The translations under genes and the position numbers were made by a program. A DNA stretch of 64,000 nucleotides from Amoeboaphelidium protococcarum X5 (taxonomy: Eukaryota > Fungi > Aphelidiomycota), in assembly GCA_023515725.1 (NCBI GenBank), contig JALDTO010000155.1, positions 62,001-126,000 on the forward strand. The letters run 5' to 3'. Under the pieces are notes generated by a model, which made no database searches, was not told where the DNA came from, and was given only the letters and a program-made list of their open reading frames with translations. This document shows, one piece after another, positions 39,748-53,465 of the stretch (the first letter of the stretch is position 1; the number at the start of each line of letters is the position of its first letter).

Positions 39748-42700
39748 TCACTCTATAATTTGACTATCGCTGTTATTTCCACTAGCCTCACTTCCGTCTT
39801 GAGAATCTCTATACAATCCTAGTCTGGCAGTCTTCTTTTTAACGATTTCTTCCAGTATTTCATTCAGAATGGCAGGCTCCGTGGCAATGATTCTATCGGT
39901 TGACTCCAGGGTGGAAGTAGACTCGAGAAGACTATTCTGCACTGAAGTTCTACGCGAAGTGCTGTTCAAACGGTCAGATATTGACGATTCTAGACTAATG
40001 TTCGCGGTAGTGGAAGGCTCGGCAGTGGCAGCAGCAGAAAATTCTTTTAATCGCATCTGATTTAGCTTTATGTCCCGCTATTGCTTTTTAATCTACCTTT
40101 ATTGACTGGGTGATAACGCGCTAGAAGATGATGATGATGCCACCACTAAATTGCCCATGAAGCTCTAATCTCCATTTCCTTATTAACTCAGACGCTTTGC
40201 TTTTACACTTTACTGCGTTCTAGATTACTTAGGAGATGCATATATACCATAATCAATTCCATAAATATATGGAATGTCTGGATGAACAGGCTCTTGCGGC
40301 AATCTCATACCATTTCCATCCGCGCCAGCTTCTGACTCTCCCAAACTTTCAATCATAGGACTTCGCCCACTATTTCCAATACTGAAATTACTAATGGTTC
40401 TACTCTGACTGTTGATGAGCATACTCCTCTTCACTGCCGAAGATGAGTTGGAATTACTAGAGCTTGTAGACGACACAGTAGACGACACAGATTGCCTCTT
40501 TGCAGATGGAGAATTAACCGTTCCAAGAAACTTTTACAAGTACTCCTCACCTTGCCTTCGGTGTTCCTCATCTTCATTAAATTTGCTACTACTTTATTCT
40601 TTGACCAATTATGCAATCTCAGCCCTCTGCTACTGCTTCTGTACTTTCATTTTCTTATTCGTCATATCAGCGGAGGCTCGGCGCATTTCAGAGGCATGCT
40701 TGGGCTTCGACAAACTATCCATTGATTTCTGTTTGTGCACGTTCGGCGGCGTCTAGTTGGTACCACCACTTGAATCGCTGGACAAAAGAGACTGATTAGA
40801 AGGGGCAGCCTACTACCCAGAAGAATTTATAGTGTCTTTCGACAAAACATTTACATGAGGTGACGAATTCAAATCGAAACCAGCATCGCTCCCAAGTAAA
40901 CTAGACTCATTTGTAGAATACGGAGTAGAATCGACAGTTGGCTATTTAGCCCGCTAAAGTACCATATTATCACGACTACCTGGCTGCGAGTCTTCGTTAA
41001 CAGAGCTTTCCTAATTAGAACCATGTCGCCGACGATGCGAAGACGGGGAAGCTTGCAAATTGGTCTGGTGCTCATAAACATTCAATACATCATTAATTAT
41101 ATCATTAGATGCCTCAACACCTTGCGGAACAGATATATCTACAATGGATTACTAATCTACGGATTAAGATGCCAAGTGACTCGTCTAAACATTTTTTTAC
41201 GCGCTTGACAGTTCCATCTTTTAGCTCTACTACGCATCAACGACTGGTAAAATGAGATTAAAAGACGACACATGACTAGATTCTACATATTAATCCTAAA
41301 ACAGAGTACCTGACTAATCAAGGCTAGTTATTGTAGAATTTGATGGTAAAATTGACTAACTCAGCGGAGAAGGCGCAACTGTCCTTTCAGGTCGACGAGG
41401 CTGAGGCGATTACTTTTGCATGACGGCATTTCTGACTCCCATCGTCGGGCTACTATTAGACTTCTCTGACTACTAATTACTTCCAAAATAATCTTCATCA
41501 TTTGAGGCGATTTGAGCTTGATCAATTATGGTAGCAGTCGGAGTAAGATCATCATTAAGAGCAGTCCGAGAGGATGAGCCACTATTGTGAGAAGATGGGT
41601 TCCTCTGTAGAACAAAATTAAGGTATCCTTCTTCCAGTGAGTCAGTCTCCTGTTCAATCATAAAACTCTTCACAACATCACCAAACTTCAATTCATCTGA
41701 AATCATAATATCAGGCTTCATTATGGAAATCAGTTACTAATGAGGCCGCTGCAGAAGATCCAAAGCAGACAATGTCAGACTCGCCTAACTATTAGCCCCT
41801 AATGAGGTTACTTCTTCTCGCACTTTCCATAGATGAAAATCTTCACTGCAGTCTATGAAATTACCTATCGCTCTTTGGAGAGGAGAAAGTTTAAACTTTT
41901 TCTAAGCCAACTCAACTATTTCTTTCATCTTAAGATCAGATTTTACTCCCAATGTCTTCACAGATTGCATGACACCGTTCACAAACGTGTCTCCATGATA
42001 GTAGACGCGTATGAGATACTGATCCTTGATCACATATTCAGGCTAAACGTTGGACTTCAAATTCAAAAGAAACTTGATTTCGCTATCATTGGGAGTTCTA
42101 ATAGAAGAGATTTTGCCATCAGCTGATACACTTTCCAAGTATCGAAGAATGCCTTTCTGAGAAGATGGCGCAATACCAGGCCTTATAGACTTTGATTACA
42201 ACCTCAGCAGCACATCTAAAATAGGCTCATTGAAATTCACCACCTTCTCTTTAGAATCACCATGTACCACGGAGAGATAATAGTACTTTAATAACTCTTA
42301 AACAGGAATCGTCTAATCATGGGCCGATTCACCAATGGATTAACTTTGACTTTTATCATTTGACTAGTCACCGTCAACCGGGAGCGAGTCTAACAAGGCT
42401 GTAGGAGCTACAATTGGGCTGGAATTTGAAGCTTTACTTGGTAGAACAGCGCCTGCAACTTTAAACTTGACCAGAGCAAGGGCTATCACCTCAGAGACTT
42501 TTGTCTGCTTGCCAACTTAAACAGTTTTGTAAGTCGCTTTAAAGTCATAATTACCAGAGAATATTTTCAATACCATCAATGCATTATTACTTGACTGCGA
42601 CTATTAGATAGGAGAAGCCAACTCTTCGCGTTAAAGATTCAATTGCTTAGAATTAACACTTAATGAAGATTTGTTACTTTGTGGGTGATCAGTGGATTAC

Positions 42701-43890
42701 TAAAGTCGATCTGAGGACTTACTGGATACTCTGTCAGAAGAACTCTTTCTCCCTAACGATAACTTACCCGAAGTAGCCAGTTGAGACTTTCCTTTATTAT
42801 CAGTGACAGACTCTGGGGGTTTCCCTTTCTATTTCACAGAATCTTCAGATTATCCAATCTACAAATCTTCATCAGAAACTTTATCAACAGTCTAAGAGCT
42901 TTTCATTGGCTTTCTAATTCCATTAAAGAATTTCAACATGGCACCTCCAAAATACTGAATAGCAGACTGTTATTACTATTTGGAATTCTTGGGATCTGCA
43001 TCAAAACTAGACATAAGGCTATCATCTTACCCAATAGTTTCTACACTACCAGACGAACTCTCATCATCTGAATGACGTATTGCCAACACTTGATCATTAA
43101 ACTTGACAGATTTATTATGATTATTATTATTACTACTAAATTTACCGGACGATCGCAGTCCAGAGCGATGTTTTGGCGAACCAGTTGATGATCTTTGCGG
43201 TTCATTATGGCGATCCTGATCCTCACCGTCTATCTGATCAGATAAACTCTTTACATTAAAAATTCCGCTCTCGAGTGCCCTGTTAATTTCTGTTAACTCA
43301 GCCGGCACACTAGAACTCATCCCACTACTATCATCAATCTTAAAATCCATCTCCCTAGGTGCAGCCAGTCTCATATTTCTCTACTTATTAAGTCGTGCCA
43401 ATTTCTCTGGTTGAGTTTCAATATTCTCCGCCGGGATGTAACCAACCTCAGCAGTCTTTAGACATCTCACCAACCACCAATAGCTGTTAGTATCATCAAG
43501 CAACACCAGAGCATCACCTTTCAGAACACACACCTAACCTTCCAAGTTGGCTACAAATGTATTCATTGCGTATACGACCCCGATATCTTTAGACAGACTC
43601 AGTAGATCCTGATCATCTTCAGTGACAGGCACAGAGTTGACAGAAGCACTCTTCGCAATCTAAGCTGCACTAGAACCAGCAGATGTTGCCGAATATGTAT
43701 CATTTTATTTCAAATCAGGATAAGATGACGATGGACGGAATATCAAAATTGGTTTTATCCTTTTTACAGATGTTGTTTCATGGTGAGAAGGGCCCAAGGC
43801 ATCTGAATGAGAACTCTCTGTTATACCATTTGTATCAACGCCACCAGATTTAAGGGAGCTTTCTTAACTGATTTGGACATTCATTGACAT
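39748..43890 (-). CDS. tea4: Tea4/TeaC/Bud14-like polarity protein (SH3, PP1-binding RVxF-type motif, RA-like domain), ~1380 aa
   Basis: VYAMNTFVANLEGQVCVLKGDALVLLDDTNSYWWLVRC...GYIPAENIETQPEKLARLNK is the Tea4-type SH3; KSVKF; LKIFSGNYDFKATYKTV. Confidence 0.8.
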
Positions 43891-44141
43891 CAAATAAAAT
43901 CTTAAGAAGTATCTAAAATTCTAAAAATCCAAAGATACACAGATATACCAAGTACTCTACCGCACAGAATATAAAACCACAAAGTTTGACTGAAAATACA
44001 AAGAACAAAGATGAAACAAGGAAAAATGATCAAAGACAGCTTTTCCTCTCCTAAATGCATAGGCTATGCAATTCATATCTACATGTTCTACAATAGAGAT
44101 GGAGATGGAGAAAGTAGGGCAAGTTGTACAAAGTATCAATT

Positions 44142-45735
44142 TCATTAAACAGTGTATGCAATCAAGTCAGTAGTCGCCTCTAGCTTGGTATCTTTTAGCC
44201 CGCTTCTCATCCGACTTTTGCACTTTACTCTCCATTCGCGCGGCTCTACTGGCGGCCTGTTCAATCTACTTCTTGCTTAGTTTTCGCTTTTTCGATATTT
44301 TAGCTTTACCATTTTTATTCATTATAGCACTTTCTTTTGCCTTTAAAGATTCTTTATGCGTAGTCTCTACATGTAATATATAGCGTTTAAGAGATAAACA
44401 TTGATAAGGCACAACAGCGATTTCAAATTACCATCCATGGGCACGTCATTGTCTTGATTAGATTTAGTGTCAAATATCGACGAGAGCATATCGTCCAATT
44501 TATCAGTCAGCTTATTTACAACCACTTGCTTTTCTACATAACACATGAATAAAAATGGCTGAATTATAATAACAATCTTTAGACAATTATACTCTTTTCA
44601 CGTCTCTTTATATTCTTTAAATCACTTCTCATCTTACTTTGTATCAGTTTGCAATGGTGTCAACAAATAAAGGTTTGTAAAAAAGATCAAGATCAAAAAG
44701 ACAAGATGAGAGATGAAGAATAGATCAATTCAGTAAATCAAATGTTCAATCAGTCTTCACGGAATCCAATTTAGATTCAGTTCCACTTAAGGAAGCACAT
44801 ACCTGATGTGTATTATTAAGAATAGACGCGTTGTCAGTAGCACCAAGCGTGCGCAGTCTAGACTCCAACTGAAACACCTTCTCTTCAAGATTTGAACATT
44901 CAAGCTCAGCCTTGATTCTGTCCTTCTTTTCGCGCAGATACTTCTATTCAAACTCTTATCTCAGTGCAATTTCTACATGACACTAGAGTAAATGAATTGC
45001 ACCTTAGGTATAACAATTTAGAAAGCTTACCTTTCTACAACTATAATTTCAATTCTTTAGACGAATTAAGAGTTGCAGAAGTAATAGAATTTGCGTTCTC
45101 CTTGTTGGATGACGTGAATGATGGCTGGTGATGCGTTGTGGGCAACTTTGGAACAGCGAAACCATCCTGAGTCACCTGTGCTGAAACATGAGCAAACTTG
45201 GTAGACTACACATGCACATTTAAACACTTACATATTAACAATGTTTATCAGTATAATATCAACTTACCAAGACGGGACGAGCTAGCTGGCCCATATTCTT
45301 TTACTTCTTGGCATTGGTTTACGAGACGTGCGGTGTTCTAGGAGAGTGAGATACTCTGACAGATGATTGCTAGTTCGAAGAATTCACAGCCACGGTAGAC
45401 TGTTTACGCATACGGACATCAGCAGTAGTTACCCGCTTTGGGGTAGAATCACTGATCTTCTTTGCAAATGAACCATCCCATTGTGGTTTAGCATTCTAAC
45501 TCTTTTTCTAGCCTGATAGCTGAGTTCTTTTCTTTTCGCTGCCAGATGCCATCGTCAAAGATCTCATTTTAGGAGGCCCCTCATCATCTTCTTCCCCATC
45601 CATGGGCTTCAATGGAGTTTTGCTCGATTTCATACCGAAAATATCTGGGGTGGACACATTGGACTGATTGTAACCTTTAGTTCTAGCAGGACTAGTTATG
45701 TGTATTTAAGACAATTTCAACTATGCTTCCTCCAT
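44142..45735 (-). CDS. Multi-exon hypothetical protein with coiled-coil C-terminus
   Basis: Open table-6 exons separated by probable GT-AG introns at 45206-45267, 44983-45030 and 44534-44802; exact structure uncertain. Confidence 0.45.
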
Positions 45736-46081
45736 CTTTGTGACTTTGAAGCTAGTAAGTAATATAATATTCTAACGAGAAACTCTACAGAACAGCCAGT
45801 CAGTATAGAAAGCGCAGAAACAGTGTAAGTTGGTACTGAACTGTGAATAGAAATTTTGCTTACGAGTTGAAACGAATCAGACGCGTCGCGGGAGACTTTC
45901 ATCTTTTGGAGAGATTTTACTTTTCCTCCCGTCAACGCTAGTCGTTTTTGGTGAGAAAACTGTGTGAAGCATCACCCAAATCCTGATTGCGTAGTCCTTT
46001 GTTTTTTCGGGGGACGCATCTTGCTGTATAAACGCTCATAATCTAGACTAGACTTAATTAATTAGATTTTATAATTGACAG

Positions 46082-48184
46082 ATGTAAATTGTGGAGAGGA
46101 AATTGACACTGGGCGATTTGACTCATTTAAAGAATGCCACTCTAAGCGAAATTCTTCGGTCATTGGGACAGAGGCGGTCCGGCGTGAAGATGGTGTTGGC
46201 ATATAGAATCTATGATGTTTATCAAGATTACGGAAGTCCTTCAATCAGAGCTTATGAATCTTGTTTAGCTTAAAATTCTGTTGGGGATTTGGTTTAAAAG
46301 CTGCTTAATGCTTAGCTTGAAAGAGAAAAACGAGTATTCGATAGATTGAGATAAACGGCTAATGAGGTTTATAGGCCTTCTTTACCTGCTACAGATACTG
46401 ATAGTGAGCCGTCAGATTATGAACCGCCTTCTACGCCGGATTGGGCTCCGTTATAGAGGCCCGCTGTGGTATAGAATGCGAATCCATCTGTGCCTTAGAG
46501 GTAGCCCGCTAGTTCTCGTCCAGTCGCTCAGTCATCATTAGCTGCGTCAACTCAAAATGGGACGCGACACGTAATAAATCCTCCCTTGTCATAAATTGCT
46601 GCATCTCCATAATAAAGGCCTCTTGCCAGTTCAGCTAATCTGCGTGTTGCTACAACTATTACGCCATAAATTGGTTAGGCTGTACCATAAAGTATTAGAC
46701 TTAATCCGGCAGCTGCTCCTTTTAGGCCTTCAATGTAAGCTGCATCATCGAGACCCTCCTCTAATTCTACTTAACTGGTCAATAATAATTCATCATCATC
46801 TGCCGGATAAAATATTATGAATAATGGTTTATTACGGCCCGCTACACAGGGAAGTGTCAATCTCGCGTAAAGATAATAATAAGCGCAGTAATTGTAATAG
46901 TTGTAGTCTTCCCGTCCATTATATAACAGTGTTGCGTCATCATAGTAAAAAGGTAAATGGTAAATGCCATAACAAAGTTCGTCTATAAATTTCATGTTTT
47001 TAAGAAATCCACTTATCCATTTGAAAGAGAAGGTGGTCGGTACTGCCCAATTTGGCATTGGTAAAAAGGGCCCTTTAAAGAGATGCTTCAATTTAGATAG
47101 ACGCTTTATAGATTTGCTGTTACTCACCAAGGAGGCCAATGCTGACATTAAATTTGTGCTTCTCGTCACTTGTCATAGCCTGAATGAATAGCACGCGTGG
47201 TCTGCTGGCTAATAATCTTTTGTTAACGTCTCTTATCCTGTAAATGCTGAGCTCTTCGTTAATCAAAATGCCGTACGAGATTTCAAAGCTTCTATTAAAT
47301 CATGTTCACCAGCTGATATCACTGAAGATGTGTTGAGGTTGGTGGAGCGAGATCCAAAGAACGCCATGGTCCATTGTCATTTGAATTTTGATAAACTTCA
47401 TCAGACCATGCTCTTCAATATTTGGATTGGTGTCAAACTGACTACCGGGTGTCTATTGCGATAGATTGTTGGTGATGGAGAGTTCACTTTGGAATCTTTG
47501 AATTTAAACAGGCTCTCAGTTGATTTGGCAAAGAAGGTATTCTTCAAGAGTTAAGCTCCGTATCCAGATTAGAAGTAGTCAGGTGAAGATGAAGATGATG
47601 ATCTACAACTGCTTAGTATGGTCACTCTATCTCTGAAAGATCCGGTTTCCTTAATCAACATCAAGTATCCTGTTCGCGGAAGTCAATGCAATCATCTATA
47701 ATGTTTCGATCTATCTACATGGCTTTTAATGAACGCCAATAATGATAGTAAGACTTGGAGCTGTCTTATATGTTCCAAGACTCTATCCAATCCAGCTGTT
47801 AAACTGTAGTACGCTTCTGTCAGTCTCGCTGCACCAAAGATTGATGTTCTGGTAGACTAGTTGTATTTCTGTGAATACACTTACCAAATTCTAAATGAGA
47901 TTGAGAATGTACATTAGAAATCGATAGATGACGTGGTGGTGCAGATTGACGCGTATGGAAATTATGAAATTGTGGATGACTCTAAGAGAGGCCTGTCGTC
48001 TGATGATGACTCTGATAATGACGACGACGACGATATTGCTGCTGAAGGTGAGCCGTCTCGTAAACAGGCCAAATCTAATCGGTACTCAGCTAATGGTATT
48101 ATTGATTTATGCGACAGTGGACCAACAATCTCACTCGCGCATCAATCTGATGTGATTGACTTGACTTTATCGGATGATGATTGA
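46082..48184 (+). CDS. SIZ1: SUMO E3 ligase Siz/PIAS (SAP, SP-RING, C-terminal SIMs), 700 aa
   Basis: ATG-TAA start (MQ); SAP-like LKNATLSEILRSLGQRRSGVK; SP-RING LSLKDPVS...YPVRGSQCNHLQCFD...WSCLICSK; VIDLTLSDDD. Confidence 0.88.
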
Positions 48185-48311
48185 TTTAAATTGAGTATAT
48201 ATCATAAGTTTTCTATCTCTTGCGTTCTATTTGCTATTGCGTGTGTAAGAAGGATGGGATTATTTTCACCTGCTACTGATCGATTACCGCTGAAAGTAGA
48301 AACGCGTATAT

Positions 48312-49094
48312 TCATTATTGCTATTTTTTTATTACATTCATTCTGAATTCAACTTGACTACTGTACTGTTACATAATATCTACATTATCAACGCCATTTT
48401 GCTATTATTTGGTCAACTTCGCGATCACACTAATCTTTAATGTCTTCATGCAACTCTTCTTTTCCAGCGTAGAACTAATGTAAGCTTCGTCGCGAAATCC
48501 AGTATACTCAGCCCGTCCTACAGTTTCCTCATACAAGGCATCCTTCTCATTTTCATATCTTTCCTGGAAATCAGTCATATTGTAAAGAGCATGGGTGCGA
48601 ACAGCGATCAGGACTCTCTACTCCAGAGGAATATGTTACACGTTCCCGATTCTACCAGACCGCTTTTCAAAAGACCAGTCATAGATCTACTCCCTCTTAT
48701 TTTCTGGCAGACGGGGAAACATACGATCATAGGCAGCCCAAACTTAATGTCTCTCAGATTTGCCTTTCTTTTTACGAGATTTGCGTCGTTTCTGTAGAGG
48801 GGCATCTCTTTACTACTTCTCCTGCTTGACAGGTACCAGAGGCTCTAGAACCGCGTCAGATTTTTGCGTGCCAATGATCTTTTCATCATTTACTTTGGAA
48901 GACTCTTATTTATCACAAACTGGCTCTTTCTACTTCTCCTGTTACGATTAGATGATATGGCGATTAGTTGTTAATGGCTGATTATGGTACACTCTTTATA
49001 GCTCCATTTACTGTTTCGCTAGCCTGTGCTCATTATAATCAACTCTCGGAATCTCGCGCAAACGTAGTGATCTTCTCAATTCCTACTCACTCAT
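48312..49094 (-). CDS. DUF2293-like protein
   Basis: MFPRLP...IYDWSFEKRSGRIG...LEQRVLIAVRTHA matches the DUF2293 pattern; 3' end uncertain (a shifted frame ends at TGA 48388). Confidence 0.6.
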
Positions 49095-49521
49095 CTGAAT
49101 GAAATTTATGGTTGTGTATATGGCTGTCCTAAATAGAACAATTAAAACATTAGGCAAGAATCTGATGTGGTGTGAATTATTACGCGCAATGATGCGATGA
49201 CTGTTCGAGTCAATACATCAACCGTATACTATTTAAAGCAAGCGCGACTACATTTCAAGTATCGCTCCATCAAATAATTGCTTAAACTTCAAACATTGAG
49301 TTGTATCCAAAATATCTGCTGGAAAATGATATACCAAATTAGAGAGCTGTTTGAGTTGATATAACGTTAAGTTTCCTTTGTGCGAGTTAGTATCTCCAAG
49401 TAACTAAAGATCAAACAATCCAAAGAACAGCGACTTGTTTCATTAATTTTTTTAGTTTATCCTTGTCATTTTGTCACAAATATTGTCAAGTTCACATTCT
49501 AGCAAAATTTAGAAACATATC

Positions 49522-51285
49522 ATGGACTAAGTCAAGTCAGTGCCTTAGTTTAAGGATCAGCTAAATTCCAGCGACTCCCAACTTCGATTGAGAGCAATGC
49601 ATCAATAGGCTCCCAACACAAGAAGTGAATCTGAAACGACAATTGGCTCGCCAAAATCGCAGGTGAAACGAGATCATTTGAATGAGAGAACTCTTGTGAA
49701 TATCAAAGATATTAAGTCTGAAGTCTAGGAGCTGAGGCAGAAAGTTAGTAATGTCAAGTAGTTCTTGGATGATGTGACGAATGGTCTTGATGTTGTTGAT
49801 TAGAAGATTGATCAGTTGTAAGCAGTCCAACAAGGAACGACTTCCACAGCTGGTAATCACCATCATCGCCGCTAATCAAGCAAGACTGCTTAAAGCACTG
49901 ATTACAAACCTCAGCGTAGAATTATTTAGAGCAAAGTATTCAAGCCGCGTAAATCCAAATTGACAGAACTTCTGGAGATCAAAGACTTCTAGACCGTGTA
50001 CAATATTTTTGTGGCTTTGCTATTCATTCTAAGTGCTTCCGTGATTGCTTAGACGTATGCCACAGTGAACAAATTGGAAGATTTCAGTGTGGATCAAGTC
50101 ATTGATTTGTCCCTATTCACGTATACATTTGGTAAATTTGGCGTGGTGTTGAAGACCTGGTTGGTGCTGTTTTTGTATGCATTATCCTGCCATGCTTGGA
50201 AATATGTGATACTAAAGTCGGTCAAGTAACACGGTGGTGGCGTTCCTTCATGGCTCATTGCTTCCTATGCGATGACGGCCATTAGTGTTATGATGTTTGC
50301 GGGATACTAATCACTTTCTCATTAGCTGCCTCCGGCTAGTGGATTTATTGTTATGATGGAAGCTACACGCCTTTCAATGAAAGTTCACTCCTATGTCAGA
50401 TCAATGATCGATCTTGCACTTAATCTTACGGATGTAGCCGATGAACAGCCTTCAGTAGACCAGAATTCATTTGCTACGTACGTGTACTTTCTCTTTGTAC
50501 CTACTCTGCTCTATCGCTCCAGTTATCCAATGACTACCAGAGTGCGCTGGTCTTTTGTGGCATCGCGATTTGCAGAGGTGTGTTTAATTATGTTGTACAT
50601 GTATGTCATCTTTAAGTAGTATTGCATTCCTCAATTTGCTGGTACTGGTCGTAATCCTGATTCCTTACATAGTCTCGTGTCTAGTTTGTTCTAGTCTATG
50701 CTTCCAGGTGTAGTTGTGTTTGTATTCGGCTTCTTTGGTCTACTTCACTCTTGGTTGAATGCTTGGGCTGAGATCACTCGCTTTGCCGACCGTGAATTCT
50801 ACAAGGCTTGGTGGAATTCGCATTCATTTGGCGAGTTTTATCGATTATGGAATCTACCTGTTCACGACTGGCTTTATAATTACATATACATTGACGTTTG
50901 GCTGTATTTTGAGGCTAAAGGATATTCTAAATCCACGGCGAAAACTATTAGCTAATTGTTGGTCATTGAAATCTCGGCCGTTATTCATGAGTACATTATT
51001 GCGTGCGCGACTGGATACTTTTTCCCAGTGCTGGCATTCATGTTTGGTGGACCAGGACTGTTATTCACGTATCTGAATAGAGGTAAGAAGGAGGGCAGTA
51101 GTCACAATGTCTTCTTCTGGGCCATGATGATAATTGGTAATGGAATGTTGACTATGCTGTATAGTCGCGAGTATTTTGCGCGTTTGTACACATTTGGTAG
51201 TCATTAGATTGTCTGCGGCGACGATGTTACTTTTGGATCACTGGAATATTGGTAACGTTTTGTATCTGTATACTCTATTAAGTGA
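49522..51285 (+). CDS. Sterol O-acyltransferase (MBOAT; SOAT/ACAT/ARE family)
   Basis: MKVHSY, YFLFVPTLLYRSSYP, HSWLNAWAEITRFADREFYKAWWNS, WNLPVHDWLY, SAVIHEY. Confidence 0.92.
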
Positions 51286-51548
51286 AAAATTTGCTTAGTT
51301 TATAGATTAATTTTGAAGTATTTAAACGAGATATCATACTTACAGTAATAACTCTTTTAAACTCACCTTTCCAAGAGATCAGCCCAGTGCAGACGCGTCG
51401 ACATCTCAGAGAACGAATTCTTTTCCGCTTTGAAACTGAACTTGAAACGAATTTATATCGAATTAAAACTCACCTCACCTCTTCTACACTTAATCGGAGG
51501 CGTTCACTAACACATCTTACAAAGTAGTAGTTGATAGCGTTGTTTAGA

Positions 51549-52373
51549 ATGACTTCTCCAGTATCGCCGCAAGATAAGAGTCTGCCTATGAAGCCGAAGC
51601 ATAATCCAATCTAGAATGCAGTGGATAAGTCATCAAAGGATGATACTTTCCTGGTAAGCAGTCTGGCGTTCGATTTCCTAATGATGGAGACGGTCCAGAT
51701 TACCAAGTGTATCGTCGATAGAAAGTCGCAGAGGGATTAGATTATGATACAGCGCATGTTGAGAGAGGTTAATCTTTCACCAGAGAATTAAGTTCAAGTT
51801 GTGAGTCCGGCTCTGTAGAATGCTTTGTCCAGCACTGGCACCGGTAGTTACCATGACCCACAATATGATGACTACTTTGATTTTGACGAACTGGACAATA
51901 ATGCTCTCAAGACACCATTACCAACCAATATGCAGTAAACTCAGAATGAAGCCGAGTTGCTGTTTACGCGCCTAGATGTATTGGGATTTAAAGTTGGCTC
52001 TAAAATGTCTACTATACTATCTAATGATAAGCCCAAAATGGCTGACATTCTTGACATAATGAAGTTTATTTGTAAAGAATTTTGGACCACTCTGTATTAG
52101 AAGTAGATTGACAACTTGAAAACTAATCACAAGGGTGTATACGTGCTGCAAGATAATCAATTTAAACCACTCTAGTACATATCTTCCATGAGACAGTCTG
52201 CAGACTTGATGAGCCAAGTGGCGCCATATTTGGCTTTTCCAAGTGGAATGATTCGCGGCGCATTGAAATCTCTCGGTGTCGAGTGCATTGTCACTGCTGA
52301 AATGTCTACATCTGGACAATAATGCGCATTTAAACTAGAAATTTTAAACTTTAGCGAAGTTAGTAGGTAATGA
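51549..52373 (+). CDS. TRS33: TRAPP complex subunit Trs33/TRAPPC6
   Basis: LGFKVG, LDIMKFICKEFW...KQIDNLKTNHKGVYVLQDN, GMIRGALKSLG; the conserved Q in KQIDNL is TAG. Confidence 0.92.
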
Positions 52374-52375
52374 AT

Positions 52376-53131
52376 TCACAATAATTTATTATTTTTATGC
52401 TTCTATTGTTACGTCTTGGACATTAGAGTGATGCGATGAACCCTTCTCAAGTCATCCAGATCCATATCAAAGCACTTTTCCCAATACACGCTGAGTAAAA
52501 GATCAGCTTAAGCACCAGACTTTATGGCCCATGGAACGTAGACAGTTAAGAATTGTTTAATATCAGATTCGGTGCTATTAAGAGATACAGGCTGTGCTTG
52601 GAAATTACCAGCAGACTCCAAATCTTAAAATCTCCATAGAGGGAGCAAACGCGCCGAGCCAAATATTCCAGCGATGGCCGTCATTGGTAGTCCAGTTTGT
52701 ACAAACTCAAACCATTTCAACGCAAGTTCTCCCTTTAGCGTGGTGGGCACTCCAAGCAGCGTATGCATAAAATCATGAATCTGCCTGTAGCGAAGCAGAA
52801 TATACGCCAACTCAGGATCCTTGGTAGACAACAACTTCACCGGTTCTCGTGTGTCTGGCGACACCTGTTCTTTATCTAGAAATAATGTATACTGCTTTCC
52901 GAATGTATTCTCATCCAATTGTCTTAATCGCTCTAAATCAATACTCTATGAGGATATCATGGGGCGATCGCGCAAGATTAGCCTCCCTGTAGGAGTTGAT
53001 AGCATTCTCTAACGTAGCCTTTATAACGAGGGCTCTGCGACAAACAGCTCAGACACTGCAGCCACCAAGTCTTGACGCGTAGGATCTTTCAGAGCGTTCA
53101 CGGAGTGTCTTAGGAGATTGATGCCTAACAT
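52376..53131 (-). CDS. COQ4: Ubiquinone biosynthesis protein Coq4
   Basis: DPTRQDLVA, SPDTREPV, RYRQIHDFMHTL, GELALKWFEFVQTGLPM, VYWEK; the true start may lie further upstream. Confidence 0.92.
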
Positions 53132-53465
53132 TACTTAACAAGTACGCAAATCAAAGTATAGTTTAAAACACGGTCACTTTTCAGAATAGGAGATCTTTAA
53201 AATTGCGGCCAAGTCTGAACGCTAACTGCAAGAACTTGTGAACAGATTGTATCAAAATCAAAATTCTAAAGGGGAATAAATATCAGCTGATCAACCAATG
53301 TCTTTTGCCGTTTACCTCAACAATAAATATTGACTGGCGACCACTTAAGACGCACTGCGAACCTCAACTAGAAAGTTATGAATACGCGGCGAATTTGCAA
53401 AAGTAAGTCTACAAGCAAAAGACTGAATAGAGAGTCATTCATATATTTACAAGATTCAATCTGTC

